Source: an uncultured Candidatus Saccharibacteria bacterium (GTDB taxonomy: Bacteria > Patescibacteriota > Minisyncoccia > Phycocordibacterales > CSBR16-119). From it: 64,000 bases of DNA. This document shows positions 8,283-18,842 of the stretch, piece after piece. The position numbers were made by a program, and so were the translations under genes. The stretch is from the NCBI GenBank assembly GCA_964589975.1, contig CAZPVH010000002.1, positions 68,217-132,216 of the forward strand, in the 5' to 3' direction. Positions within the stretch are counted from its first letter, which is position 1, and each line of letters opens with the position of its first letter. The notes under the pieces were generated by a model, which was given only the letters and a program-made list of their open reading frames with translations, was not told where the DNA came from and made no database searches.

Positions 8283-9995
8283 TTAAAATTTGTTAAGGTG
8301 TCGCTTGTTTTTTATATCCCCTGATCTTTTGGCCAATTCTTGATATTCGCGCGATAATTTCTCTGCCAAATCTTCGTCCTTTGCCTGTTCCGCCGCTTTG
8401 ATCTTCTGCATCAGATCCTTGAGCGAGAGATCGGCGTAGTCTTCTTCAAGATTTGCGAGCATTTCCCCCATCGAGCTCGTGTCACCGCCTGCGAGCTCCC
8501 ATTCGAATGCAAGCTCCTGCTTCTTTGGCTCAAACTTTTCGATCAAAGGAATAAATCTATTTTCGCCAATTATTGAAATGATCTCTTCTTTAAGTTTTTT
8601 GTCTTCGCCTTGGCCGAAATACATTCCGGCCAATCTTTTTTCAATGCTATCGAGCCTCGAAACCCTGGTTTTCTGCGCCGACACGCTTTCGGGCAGCGGT
8701 TGTTCAGATGGAGCAGCTCGCTCCATGTCTTTCCAAAGCGCATCAGTACCAAGCCTGGTTATCTCGGCAACTCTTTTTATAAAGAACGCTTTTTCTGTTT
8801 CAGTCGGGAGAACTGCAATATCCGAGAGAACGCTCGCCGTGATTCGCTTCCCGAGATCTCTCTCGTCTTTAGCAGTTTCCTTTATCTTCTCTGCCGCAAA
8901 CTCAATTATATGTTTTGCGCCTTTAAGTAAGGCGCTGAAACCATCTTTGCCTTTTAGTTTTATATAGTCCGCTGGATCTTTCCCGTCTTCAGGAGGAATC
9001 GAGACCACCTTCACATCCATCCCGAGCCGGAGCGCAATCTCAGCGGAGCGCTTAGCCGCCTTCACGCCAGCATTGTCCGCGTCGAACGCCAGGATGAGAT
9101 TCGGTGATAACCTCTTCACGAGTCCCAAGTTATTTACACCGTGTTCGCCGACAAGGGTATCTGCGAGCGCCGTTCCAGAAACACCGACAGCGTTTCTAAA
9201 TCCCACCTGATGCAGCATGACGACGTCGAACTGACCTTCAGCCAGAATCGTGAAGTTGTATTTCCGGATATAATTCTTGGCCTTATCGAGCGCGAACAAG
9301 ATTTCGCTTTTCTTAAAGAGCGGCGTGTCGGGACTGTTCACATACTTCGCAGACTTTTCATCTGAATGAAGGATGCGACCGGAGAATGCGATCGGTCTCC
9401 CGGCCGTGTCCATAATCGGAAACATGATCCGGTCGCGAAAGGTGTCATATATTCCCTTTTCAGTTTTCTTTCCAAGTCCAGCCAAAAGAATATCCTTGTC
9501 GGAGTATTTTTTCGAAAGGACTTCGTACAGATTTCGCCAACCAAGAGGCGCAAGGCCGACGCGGAATTCTTTGATAGTCTTCTCTTCAACACCGCGATCT
9601 AGAAGGTACTTCTTCGCTTCGTCTGATTTCCAGAATTCGTTTTCGAAATAAAGCGCTGCGTCTTCCAGGATTTCATACTGGAGATCCTTTTCTTTCGCCT
9701 CCCTAGGATCGACACGCCGAAGCTCCACCCCGGCTCGGTCAGCCAGGATCTTCAGCGCGCCGCGAAAATCAACGCCTTCCATCTCTTCGATAAACGTGAA
9801 CATGTCCCCGCCCTTTCCTGTCGAGAAGCAGTGATAGAGGCCCTTTTCCGGCGAGACAAAGAATGATGGGGTCTTCTCGTTTGTAAACGGAGATTTTCCC
9901 TTCCAGCTTTTTCCGGCCGGATCCAATTTCACATAGGAAGAAACCACGTCAACGATGTTCAGTCGATCCTTGATTTGTTCCACGGGTGTAGCCAT
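8283..9995 (-). CDS. dnaG: DNA primase
   Basis: 570 aa. N-terminal zinc-binding region (HCFSTGKGGDMFTF), TOPRIM acidic motifs (EGQFDV, AFDADNAG) and a C-terminal helical domain. Confidence 0.9.
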   Translation of the reverse strand: MATPVEQIKDRLNIVDVVSSYVKLDPAGKSWKGKSPFTNEKTPSFFVSPEKGLYHCFSTGKGGDMFTFIEEMEGVDFRGALKILADRAGVELRRVDPREAKEKDLQYEILEDAALYFENEFWKSDEAKKYLLDRGVEEKTIKEFRVGLAPLGWRNLYEVLSKKYSDKDILLAGLGKKTEKGIYDTFRDRIMFPIMDTAGRPIAFSGRILHSDEKSAKYVNSPDTPLFKKSEILFALDKAKNYIRKYNFTILAEGQFDVVMLHQVGFRNAVGVSGTALADTLVGEHGVNNLGLVKRLSPNLILAFDADNAGVKAAKRSAEIALRLGMDVKVVSIPPEDGKDPADYIKLKGKDGFSALLKGAKHIIEFAAEKIKETAKDERDLGKRITASVLSDIAVLPTETEKAFFIKRVAEITRLGTDALWKDMERAAPSEQPLPESVSAQKTRVSRLDSIEKRLAGMYFGQGEDKKLKEEIISIIGENRFIPLIEKFEPKKQELAFEWELAGGDTSSMGEMLANLEEDYADLSLKDLMQKIKAAEQAKDEDLAEKLSREYQELAKRSGDIKNKRHLNKF

Positions 9996-10027
9996 TCCCA
10001 GATTTTATTAGATTTTAATGCCTCCTG

Positions 10028-13000
10028 CTAGTCTCTGTTATATGTTCGCTCTTCCCCTGTTTCTTCGTATTTATCGAGGTGTTTGTATTCGCCGCGGAAA
10101 CCAGTTCCGGCAGGAATAAGGCGTCCGATGATGACATTTTCCTTGAGACCGCGGAGGTTGTCGATTCCGCCCTTGATAGCGTTGTTGATGAGAACGCGGT
10201 TTGTGTTCTGGAATGATGCAGCTGAGAGCCATGACTTTGTTGTGAGAGACACATCAGTAATACCACGAACGATAGGCTCTGATGTTGCTGGCTTGCCAGC
10301 TGTGCCTTCGAGAAGTCCGTTTTCGATATCGAATTCGACATGCTCAACAATCTCGTTTGGAGAGAACATGGTATCTCCCGGATCAGTAACTTTGAGACGA
10401 CCAAACATCTGGCGAACGATGATTTCCAAGTGCTTGCGGGAAATTGGAGCACCCTGGACTTCGTACACTTTGTTAATTTCGTCGATGATGTAGTTCTGCG
10501 CCATTTCTTTGCCGCCGAACTTGAAGATCTCGCCGATTTTCGCCGAACCGTCTGTGATGAGCTGGCCTTTCTTCACCTTGTCGCCCTTCTTCACAACAGG
10601 AAGACGTCGGAACGGAACAGTGTAAGAAATTTCGTTGTCTTTCTTGTCGCCCTTTGTGTCAGAGAGTACCTTGATGATCTTTTCTTTGCCTTCTTCGATT
10701 ATTTCGAACACCTCGCCGTCAGTTTCAGAAACGATGGCTGGATTCTTTGGATTGCGGCGTTCGAAGATTTCTTCAACTCGAGGGAGACCCTGAGTAATGT
10801 CGGATGCGCCGGCCACACCTCCCTGGTGGAAGGTTCGGAGCGTCAGCTGAGTACCAGGCTCACCGATCGCCTGAGCGGCGATGATTCCGACCGCCTCGCC
10901 AAGCTTCACGAGCGCGGAGCGTCCAAGGTCGAGACCGTAGCACTTCTGGCAAACGCCATGTGAAGTCTCACATGTCATAACTGAGCGGATCTTTACCTCT
11001 GTCGCGCCAGCTTTCTCGATATCGGTCGCGGCATCTTTATCGACAAGGAAACCTTTCTTAAAGATTACATTTCCATCAGCGCCTTTCACATCCTCGGCCA
11101 AGATGCGTCCGAAAACGTTCTTTGAAAGAGGAATAGAGAGACCGGAAATATTTTCGGCTGTAGCGATTTTGAAGTTCTTCGTGCCGCAGTCTTCTTCGCG
11201 GATAACCACATCCTGAGAAACGTCAACGAGACGCCTGGTGAGGTATCCAGCCTGCGCAGTTTTGAGCGCGGTGTCGGCTAGACCCTTTCGGGAACCGTGA
11301 GTGGTGATGAAGTATTCAAGCGGGGAAAGTCCCTCTTTGTATGAAGGAATGATCGGGAAGTCGAGCGTCCTACCAGACGTATTAACAATAAGACCTTTCA
11401 TACCGACCATCTGCGCAAGCTGCGCGATGGTACCTCGGGCCTGAGAATCAACCATGTCTCGCGTTGGGCCATTCGCCTTCAACGCGCCAAGGAGATCTTT
11501 CTGGATATCAATCTTGGCCTGTTCCCAGACAACAATAGTCTTCTGGTACTTTTCTTCTTCAGAGAGAAGACCTTCGGACCACTGAGCGCGAATTTCTTTT
11601 TCTTTGGTTCGAGCGGCAGCAATAATTGACTGCTTAGAAGCCGGTACGACGACGTTGTCGATGCCCCAGCTTGTTCCGGACTTCGTCACATATTTGAAGC
11701 CGAAAGCCTTGATCATATCGAGCGCGCGTGGAGTCTCATCAACACCGTATTTGACGATGATTTCATCGACGAGCCGAGAGAGCCGCTTCTGCGTCATCTC
11801 TTCATTGATGAATGGGAAATCTTTTGGAAGCGAAGAGTTGAAGAGAAGTCGGCCGACTGTCGTCTCAAAAGGCTTATTCTCAAATTTGTGATATCGAGGA
11901 GAATCAGTCGGGAGAACTTTGATCTTTGCGCGGAAAGAAATCTTTCCGTAGTCGTGAGCCATCATGGCTTCATTTGGCGAAGCAAAGTATTTGCCTTCGC
12001 CCATTTCGCCTTCTACAGACTTCGTCATCCAATAAGAACCGAGCACGATATCCATGCGAGGATGCACGATCGGGTTTCCGTCCTGAGGCTTCAAGAGGTT
12101 TTTGTTCGCAGCCATGAGGTCGCGGGCTTCAGCCTGAGCGGCTTCAGAGAGCGGAAGATAAACGGCCATTTGGTCTCCGTCGAAGTCAGCGTTGAAGGCG
12201 GAACAGACAAGTGGGTGAACCTGGATAGCTTTACCTTCGATGAGGATCGGATTAAAAGCCTGGATACCGAGTCGATGAAGAGTCGGCGCTCGGTTTAGGA
12301 GCACGTACTTGCCCTGGATCACTTCTTCAAGGATGCCCCAAACTTCGGCAATGCCGTCTTCGATCAATTTGTTCGCGCCGCGAATGTTGAAAGCGAGTTC
12401 GCGCTCCAAAATTTTAGAGATAACGAACGGCTTGAAGAGCTCGAGAGCCATTTTCTTTGGAAGACCGCACTGATTGAGCTTGAGCTGAGGACCGACGACG
12501 ATAACGGATCGACCGGAATAGTCGACTCGCTTACCGAGGAGGTTCTGGCGGAAAAGACCTTGCTTGGACTTCAAGTTATCAGAGAGAGACTTGAGGGCTC
12601 GCTTCTGAGACTGATTCATGGCAGCGTCAGATTTTGCGATCGAGTTGTCGATGAGAGCATCAACAGCTTCCTGGAGGATTCGTTTTTCGTTGCGCAAAAT
12701 GACATCCGGAGCATTGATCTCCATCAGCTTCTTCAAACGATTGTTTCGATTGATGACGCGTCGGTACAGGTCGTTAATGTCAGACGTCGCGTGGCGTCCT
12801 CCTTCGAGGGCGACCATTGGTCGAAGTCCTGGCGGAATAACCGGGAGCACTTTGAGGAACATCCATTCTGGCCTGACGCCCGAGTTGATCATGGATCGAA
12901 TAAGACCGAGACGCTTCTTCAATTTTACCTTCTCAAGAGTTGAGGCTTTTTCAACCATAACTTCTGTTTCCGCGCGGAGTTTTTCGAGGTCAACATTCTT

Positions 13001-13666
13001 GAAGAGATTATAAATGGCTTCGGCGCCGATAGACGCCTCGAAGGCTGCGCTGTAGCGCATTGAATAGTGATGAAATTCGACTTCATTTAGAACTTTGCCG
13101 ACAACAATATCCATGAGCTCACGCTTTGTGTTTGAGAAAAGCTCTTTGAGTTTCTCTTTTGTCGCGTCGTCCTGAGCGGATTTTACTTTGGACTTGTATT
13201 CGCTCTCGAGGTCTTTCAAAACTTTCTTCTTTTCGTCTTCGTTTACCTTGTGGATCATGTATCCGGCAAAGTAAATAACTTTCTCGAGATCAGTAAGGGT
13301 GATGTTTAGGAAGACGCTCATGCGGGACGGAACGCCGCGGAGAAACCAGATGTGCGCGACCGGCGAAGCAAGCTCGATGTGGCCCATGCGGTCTCGGCGG
13401 ACGATAGCCTTTGTGACTTCGACTCCGCACTTCTCGCAGACAATTCCCTTGTACTTTACGCCTCGGTATTTCTTGCAGTAGCATTCGAAATCCTTCTCCG
13501 GACCAAATATCTTTTCGTCGAAGAGGCCTCCCCGCTCTGAGCGGCCTGTTCGGTAGTTGATTGTTTCCGGCTTCTGAATTTCGCCGTAGGACCATTCTCT
13601 GATCCTTTCCGGGCTGGCCAGGCTGATGCCGATCTTTGTGAAATCTTTTATGTCCAAATTTTTCAT
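10028..13666 (-). CDS. rpoC: DNA-directed RNA polymerase subunit beta'
   Basis: 1,212 aa. Zn-finger CYCKKYRGVKYKGIVCEKCGV, catalytic NADFDGD loop, bridge helix and trigger loop. Compact, without large lineage insertions. Confidence 0.95.
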   Translation of the reverse strand: MKNLDIKDFTKIGISLASPERIREWSYGEIQKPETINYRTGRSERGGLFDEKIFGPEKDFECYCKKYRGVKYKGIVCEKCGVEVTKAIVRRDRMGHIELASPVAHIWFLRGVPSRMSVFLNITLTDLEKVIYFAGYMIHKVNEDEKKKVLKDLESEYKSKVKSAQDDATKEKLKELFSNTKRELMDIVVGKVLNEVEFHHYSMRYSAAFEASIGAEAIYNLFKNVDLEKLRAETEVMVEKASTLEKVKLKKRLGLIRSMINSGVRPEWMFLKVLPVIPPGLRPMVALEGGRHATSDINDLYRRVINRNNRLKKLMEINAPDVILRNEKRILQEAVDALIDNSIAKSDAAMNQSQKRALKSLSDNLKSKQGLFRQNLLGKRVDYSGRSVIVVGPQLKLNQCGLPKKMALELFKPFVISKILERELAFNIRGANKLIEDGIAEVWGILEEVIQGKYVLLNRAPTLHRLGIQAFNPILIEGKAIQVHPLVCSAFNADFDGDQMAVYLPLSEAAQAEARDLMAANKNLLKPQDGNPIVHPRMDIVLGSYWMTKSVEGEMGEGKYFASPNEAMMAHDYGKISFRAKIKVLPTDSPRYHKFENKPFETTVGRLLFNSSLPKDFPFINEEMTQKRLSRLVDEIIVKYGVDETPRALDMIKAFGFKYVTKSGTSWGIDNVVVPASKQSIIAAARTKEKEIRAQWSEGLLSEEEKYQKTIVVWEQAKIDIQKDLLGALKANGPTRDMVDSQARGTIAQLAQMVGMKGLIVNTSGRTLDFPIIPSYKEGLSPLEYFITTHGSRKGLADTALKTAQAGYLTRRLVDVSQDVVIREEDCGTKNFKIATAENISGLSIPLSKNVFGRILAEDVKGADGNVIFKKGFLVDKDAATDIEKAGATEVKIRSVMTCETSHGVCQKCYGLDLGRSALVKLGEAVGIIAAQAIGEPGTQLTLRTFHQGGVAGASDITQGLPRVEEIFERRNPKNPAIVSETDGEVFEIIEEGKEKIIKVLSDTKGDKKDNEISYTVPFRRLPVVKKGDKVKKGQLITDGSAKIGEIFKFGGKEMAQNYIIDEINKVYEVQGAPISRKHLEIIVRQMFGRLKVTDPGDTMFSPNEIVEHVEFDIENGLLEGTAGKPATSEPIVRGITDVSLTTKSWLSAASFQNTNRVLINNAIKGGIDNLRGLKENVIIGRLIPAGTGFRGEYKHLDKYEETGEERTYNRD

Positions 13667-13689
13667 ATGGTATTTAGATTATGTGAGTA

Positions 13690-16600
13690 TTAATTCTTTT
13701 CCATTAGATCGATATCGAGCGCGAGACCTCGGAGATAATTGAGCATCACTTTGAATGACGCAGGGAGATTCGGTTCGCGGATCTTCTGTCCCTTGATGAT
13801 GGAATCAAACGTGGCCGACCTGCCCATGATGTCATCGGACTTGATGGTAAGCATTTCGCGGAGGGCGTGAGCTGCACCGTAGCCTTCGAGAGCCCAGACT
13901 TCCATTTCTCCGAACCTCTGGCCTCCGGACTGAGCTTTTCCGCCGAGAGGCTGCTGGGTAATGAGAGAGTACGGACCAATAGCGCGAGCGTGGACCTTGT
14001 CCTCGACCATGTGGTGAAGTTTCAAGATATACATGTAACCGACAGCGATTTCCTGCTCGAATTCTTCGCCCGTTCTACCGTCGAACATTTTCATTGTTCC
14101 GGTTTCCTGAAGACCAGCTTTTACAAGCTCGCCTTTGATTTCTTCATTTGTCGCCCCGCCAAACAACGGAACGATAGCCTGATAGTTAAGTGTGTGCGCA
14201 GCCATTCCAAGGTGCATTTCTAAAATCTGTCCCAGGTTCATACGAGACGGGACGCCGAGCGGAGTAAGAATCACGTCAACAGGAGTTCCGTCTGCCATGT
14301 ATGGCATTTCTTCTTCTGGAAGGATCGTTGAGATCACACCCTTGTTACCATGTCGGCCAGCAAGCTTGTCTCCGACGGAGATGTTTCGAACCTGCGCGAC
14401 CTCAACGATGATTTTTTTGATGATACCGGACTCAAGCTGGTGGCCTTTATCGCGAGAGAAAATCTTGATGCCGATGACGCGTCCTTCGTTTCCAGGAGAA
14501 ACACGCATGGATGTATCCTTTACATCTCGCGCCTTCTCGGCGAAGATTGAGCGGAGCAGTCTTTCCTCTGGCGTGAGTTCAGTCTCGCCTTTTGGTGTAA
14601 TCTTTCCGACCAAGATGTCATTTTCGCGGACTTCAGCGCCGATGCGAACGATTCCTTCCTGATCAAGATCTTTCAATTTTGCTTCACCGACGTTCGGGAT
14701 ATCCGGAGTCGTCTGTTCAGGCCCGAGTTTCGTATCGCGAACCACGCAAGTGAATTCCTCGACGTAAATTGATGTAAAAATAGAGTTTTTAACAAGTCGT
14801 TCAGACAAGATAATGGCGTCCTCATAGTTTCGTCCATCCCATGACATGAAGGCTACCAAAGCGTTCTGACCGATAGCGGCCTCGCCGTGATCAGTCGTCG
14901 GCGCGTCCGCGAGGACGTCACCTTTTTTGACTTTGTCGCCCATGTTTACCGATGGACGTTGTCGCATAAGGGAGAATTTGTTCGTACGAACTGTGTGAAT
15001 GAGTTCGTAAGTTTTTTCTTTGCCTGTTGCAGTTCCTTTTACCTTGATCTTCTTTGAGTCCACGTATGTGACTTCGCCAGCTTCTTCGTTTATGACGAGA
15101 CGGCCCGAGTCGCGAGCGATAACTTCTTCGATACCTGTGGCAACGAGGGGCGCCATCGGCACGATACAAGGCACGGCCTGCTTTTGCATGTTCGATCCCA
15201 TCAAGGCTCGGTTCGCGTCATCGTGCTCGAGGAACGGAATCATCGAAGTGCCAAGGGAGAACGCCTGGTTCGTCGCGACATCGATGAAGTCGATTTCTTT
15301 CTTTGAAATGATGCCAGGGGAAGTCTTGATTCGAGCTTCGACCTCTTCGACAGTAATATTTCCGTTCTCATCACGAGGCGTGCCACCGTGAGCAATATTG
15401 TACTTCTCTTCTTCAAGGGCGTTCATGTAAACTACCTCGTCCGTAATTTTTCCATTCTTTACGCGGACATATGGAGTCTCGATGATGCCGAATTCATTGA
15501 TTTTTGAATATGTGGAAAGGTGAAGAACGAGACCGATGTTCGGACCTTCTGGAGTGTGGATAGGACAAACGCGGCCATAGTGGCTAGTGTGAACGTCGCG
15601 GACTTCAAGTCCGGCTCGCTCTCGGGTGAGCCCTCCAGGACCGAGAGCCGAAAGGATTCGGAGGTGTTCGATCTCAGAAATAACATTCTCTTGATCCATA
15701 AACTGTGAAAGCTGGTTCGTGGTGAAAAATTCTTTAACGCGAGCCTGGAGAGGACGCTGGTTGATGACCGTGACCGGAGTCGCGCCATCGGACTCGATAG
15801 TCGACATCCTGTCCTGGATGTTTCGCTTGATCTGAGTCATACCGACGCGGAATTTCTGCTGGAGAAGTTCTCCAACATATTTGACACGGCGTCGGCCGAG
15901 GTGGTCGATATCGTCAGCTTTCGCATGCTTGTCATTGTTTAGGTCGAGGATGTTTTTCACGATCGTGACAATGTCGTCGGCATTCAAAGTCGAACGCTCA
16001 AGCTCGGCTTTCTCCATCGATTTTTCGAATCTCTGATTGAAGCGGTGTCGGCCGACTTTGGAGAAGTCATATCTATCGGAAGTGAAGATGCCGTCAACGA
16101 ATTCCTTGGCGTTGTCGGCGGTCGCCATATCACCATCGCGAAGTCGCTTGTAGATGTCGACATACGCTTCTTCCATAGTCTTTGAGTGATCTTTCTCGAG
16201 CATGAGCGATATGAATTTCTCGTGAATCTCATTTCCCTTGAAGGCCTTCTTGAGCTTGTCCTCATTATCAAGTCCCATGACACGAAGGAGCTCTGTCACT
16301 GGAAACTTTCGCTTCTTGTCGATGCGGGCAAAGATCGTGCCGTCCTTGTCAGTTTCGAATTCGATCCAAACGCCGCGATTCGGGATGATCTTGGCGCCGA
16401 AAGCTTTCTTTCCTTTTAGGTCGACATCAGTGAAGAAGACGCCGGATGAGCGAGTTAGCTGGGCAACGATAACGCGCTCGACGCCGTTGATGATGAACGT
16501 GCCGTTGTTCGTCATGAGCGGGAAATCGGTGAGGAAGATTTCCTGTTCTTTCTTTGAGCCATTCAATTTATTGAAGAGCTTGGCGCGGACCTTGAGCGGA

Positions 16601-16866
16601 GCCTCAAAAGTCAGCTTGTTCTCCTTTGCGTAGTGAGGATCGTGTTTCGGCTCGCCGAGTTCGTAGGACTCGAAACGAAGCTCGAACTTCTTCTCCGAGT
16701 AGTCGCTGATAGGCGAAAACTCCTTGAAGACCTCCTTGAGGCCGTCAGAGAGGAGCCATTTGAAGGAATTGAGCTGAGTCTCCAAAAGATTTGGGAACGG
16801 CACCAATGGAGCCTTATATTTAGAAAAATACTTCTTCTCGCGCTTCGTCGTCTTGTTTCTTGGCAT
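13690..16866 (-). CDS. rpoB: DNA-directed RNA polymerase subunit beta
   Basis: 1,058 aa. Conserved beta motifs throughout (GRHGNKGV, RFGEMEVWALEGYGAAH). Unusually short, with no dispensable insertions. Confidence 0.95.
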   Translation of the reverse strand: MPRNKTTKREKKYFSKYKAPLVPFPNLLETQLNSFKWLLSDGLKEVFKEFSPISDYSEKKFELRFESYELGEPKHDPHYAKENKLTFEAPLKVRAKLFNKLNGSKKEQEIFLTDFPLMTNNGTFIINGVERVIVAQLTRSSGVFFTDVDLKGKKAFGAKIIPNRGVWIEFETDKDGTIFARIDKKRKFPVTELLRVMGLDNEDKLKKAFKGNEIHEKFISLMLEKDHSKTMEEAYVDIYKRLRDGDMATADNAKEFVDGIFTSDRYDFSKVGRHRFNQRFEKSMEKAELERSTLNADDIVTIVKNILDLNNDKHAKADDIDHLGRRRVKYVGELLQQKFRVGMTQIKRNIQDRMSTIESDGATPVTVINQRPLQARVKEFFTTNQLSQFMDQENVISEIEHLRILSALGPGGLTRERAGLEVRDVHTSHYGRVCPIHTPEGPNIGLVLHLSTYSKINEFGIIETPYVRVKNGKITDEVVYMNALEEEKYNIAHGGTPRDENGNITVEEVEARIKTSPGIISKKEIDFIDVATNQAFSLGTSMIPFLEHDDANRALMGSNMQKQAVPCIVPMAPLVATGIEEVIARDSGRLVINEEAGEVTYVDSKKIKVKGTATGKEKTYELIHTVRTNKFSLMRQRPSVNMGDKVKKGDVLADAPTTDHGEAAIGQNALVAFMSWDGRNYEDAIILSERLVKNSIFTSIYVEEFTCVVRDTKLGPEQTTPDIPNVGEAKLKDLDQEGIVRIGAEVRENDILVGKITPKGETELTPEERLLRSIFAEKARDVKDTSMRVSPGNEGRVIGIKIFSRDKGHQLESGIIKKIIVEVAQVRNISVGDKLAGRHGNKGVISTILPEEEMPYMADGTPVDVILTPLGVPSRMNLGQILEMHLGMAAHTLNYQAIVPLFGGATNEEIKGELVKAGLQETGTMKMFDGRTGEEFEQEIAVGYMYILKLHHMVEDKVHARAIGPYSLITQQPLGGKAQSGGQRFGEMEVWALEGYGAAHALREMLTIKSDDIMGRSATFDSIIKGQKIREPNLPASFKVMLNYLRGLALDIDLMEKN

Positions 16867-16946
16867 AAATTTCTTGTTTATAAAATTATAATATCCTCAC
16901 ACACAGCTCCGTTCCGCTTTTAAAAGCGGACAGAAAAACGCAAAAG

Positions 16947-16965
16947 CAACAAGTCTGACTTGTTG
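16947..16965 (-). terminator. Hairpin plus T-tract between the small membrane-protein gene and rpoB
   Basis: CAACAAGT-CAG-ACTTGTTG followed by CTTTTGCGTTTTTCT on the minus strand. A perfect 18-nt palindrome TCCGCTTTTAAAAGCGGA lies at 16913-16930. Confidence 0.4.
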
Positions 16966-17134
16966 TCTTTATTTGTTTTCCTTTTTATAAAATTTTACTA
17001 AGCAAAGCTTATGTATCTAGTCCGCCTCGGCTCGTCGCCGATTCGAGACGGGTCCCCGCCTACTAATACAATTGCTTTTGTCGGCCAAAACTCAATCCAG
17101 GCAATTAGGTCCCTAATATACCTGAAGGCTGTTT

Positions 17135-17494
17135 CTATGTCAAATCTTTATCCCCTTTGACTACCTCGGCGGGTATGATAACTCCGTTTTGGGTCATCTT
17201 TTTCCTGGCAGAATCGAACAACCTACGGATACGGCCGAACATGGTCCATGCGGCTAATCCAATGATTCCGGCTGGGATGAGAAGGAGCCAGAAGACTACT
17301 TTAAAGAATAGATACGGTCCGCCGAGGAGGCCGGTAAAGCCAACCATAAATATCGCGGCAAAGAACACGCTGGCAAGAAATGTGAAAATTATTAGTGGAC
17401 CTTTCAGAACATCAAGCGCCATTTCCTGCCCAAAGGCCGCAGGATTCTTAATCCCCTTTTTAACATCGCTGTAAGTTTTAAATATTCCGAACAT
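17135..17494 (-). CDS. Hypothetical small membrane protein (2-3 TM helices)
   Basis: 119-aa ORF. Its stop directly abuts the trmD start, so it is probably co-transcribed with trmD. Confidence 0.5.
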   Translation of the reverse strand: MFGIFKTYSDVKKGIKNPAAFGQEMALDVLKGPLIIFTFLASVFFAAIFMVGFTGLLGGPYLFFKVVFWLLLIPAGIIGLAAWTMFGRIRRLFDSARKKMTQNGVIIPAEVVKGDKDLT

Positions 17495-18163
17495 TTATTT
17501 CTTCTTGGTCTTATGCTCGTTCAGTTTAGCATGGTTCCCGGAGAGAAAGACTTTCGGCACACGGAGTTTCTTTCCTTTGTATTCGTAAATTTCCGGGCGC
17601 GTGTAAATCTCCGTTCCGCCTATGCGAGTCTCTTCGAGCGATTCGATCTTCCCCAAGACGCCTCCGATCTGGCGCGCGACAGTGTCGATAACAATCATCG
17701 CTGGAATTTCCCCGCCGGTCAGAACATAGTCGCCGACTGAGATCTCTTCGGCTTTCGTAATTTTCTTTACACGCGCATCAATCCCCTCGTAACGACCGCA
17801 GATTAAAATGAGGTCTGAATATTTTTTCGCAGAATTTTTTGCATACGACGTATCAAGCTTCTTGCCTCCCGGCGCAAAAATGATTGTCTTAGGATTCTTC
17901 AAATTTTTCGAAGCCTTCTCCCATGCGCGGATGATAGGATCCGCGATCATAACCATACCGGGGCCACCGCCATAAGGTCGATCATCAACTTTGCTTGAAA
18001 TATTTCCGTCTGGCCAGACTTTGCGGAGCTTTCCTCTTACAAAATCTCTTGGATTATAGAATTTAACTTTGATCTTCTTTTCCTTAATCGCCCGCGCCAA
18101 AATAGACTCGCCGAGATACGAGTCGAACATGTTCGGGAAAATTGTGATCACATGAAATGTCAT
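17495..18163 (-). CDS. trmD: tRNA (guanine37-N1)-methyltransferase
   Basis: 222 aa, SPOUT fold. HVITIFPNMFDSYL, GGGPGMVM and ICGRYEGID motifs. Confidence 0.9.
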   Translation of the reverse strand: MTFHVITIFPNMFDSYLGESILARAIKEKKIKVKFYNPRDFVRGKLRKVWPDGNISSKVDDRPYGGGPGMVMIADPIIRAWEKASKNLKNPKTIIFAPGGKKLDTSYAKNSAKKYSDLILICGRYEGIDARVKKITKAEEISVGDYVLTGGEIPAMIVIDTVARQIGGVLGKIESLEETRIGGTEIYTRPEIYEYKGKKLRVPKVFLSGNHAKLNEHKTKKK

Positions 18164-18234
18164 GTGAAGTGATACTAATACGTTTTCATAAAAAGCAAAA
18201 GCCCCGGCACAGTTTGTGCCGGGGCCGATCTCTT

Positions 18235-18753
18235 CTATTTCTTTCCCTCGAAAGGATGCTCCTTGACCTCCCTTTGCAGGTCTTTCAAGAACAATCCGAG
18301 CAGGGTCGCGTCTATGTCCTTTTCCGGCGGAGAGATCATGCCTTCTTTCTGGGTGAACTGCACGATGTGCACCCCGCGCGACGGCCCGGCTGGCCAGGAC
18401 ATATTCATTACGTGCCGGAGGTCATGTGCGTCAATGTCATTGTTCCGCCACTGTACTTCGAAGTAACCGGCTGCCTCAGATGGTCGCGTCAAACTGAAAA
18501 AATACGTCTTTTCTTCTTTTGTCAGCGAGATCAAAGCTGTGAGAGTCGGATCATCTCCCGGAACGTCAGCAGAGGCAGGATACCCCGCCGCGAGAGCCTC
18601 CCTGTACAGCGAGTCGAGCTGCGAAAGGACGACTTCGGTCAGCTGCGCGTCGAGGATGGCGTGCGAGACAGGCGGCAGGTGAACGTCTGAATCTTGGGCA
18701 TTGAGCACTCCCGAGAGAAGTAAACTGAAAAGAGCCAGCAAGACGGTTTTCAT
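18235..18753 (-). CDS. Hypothetical secreted protein
   Basis: The ORF extends to 18780, but the signal peptide MKTVLLALFSLLLSGVLNA begins at the Met at 18753. Confidence 0.45.
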   Translation of the reverse strand: MKTVLLALFSLLLSGVLNAQDSDVHLPPVSHAILDAQLTEVVLSQLDSLYREALAAGYPASADVPGDDPTLTALISLTKEEKTYFFSLTRPSEAAGYFEVQWRNNDIDAHDLRHVMNMSWPAGPSRGVHIVQFTQKEGMISPPEKDIDATLLGLFLKDLQREVKEHPFEGKK

Positions 18754-18842
18754 TGGTTTCTGTTTTTCGATATAATACAATAAATCGTAATTCTCGTCAA
18801 TGAAAAGCCCCGCGCCAATAGCGCGGGGCTTCCCTAAGAACT

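Noticed and set aside
10083-16923. Numerous 60-200-aa ORFs on the plus strand inside rpoC and rpoB, and similar ORFs opposite dnaG, rpoD, gyrB and the giant proteins.
   Set aside because: These are frame-shadow ORFs of long, highly conserved genes on the opposite strand. They have no independent start context or motifs.
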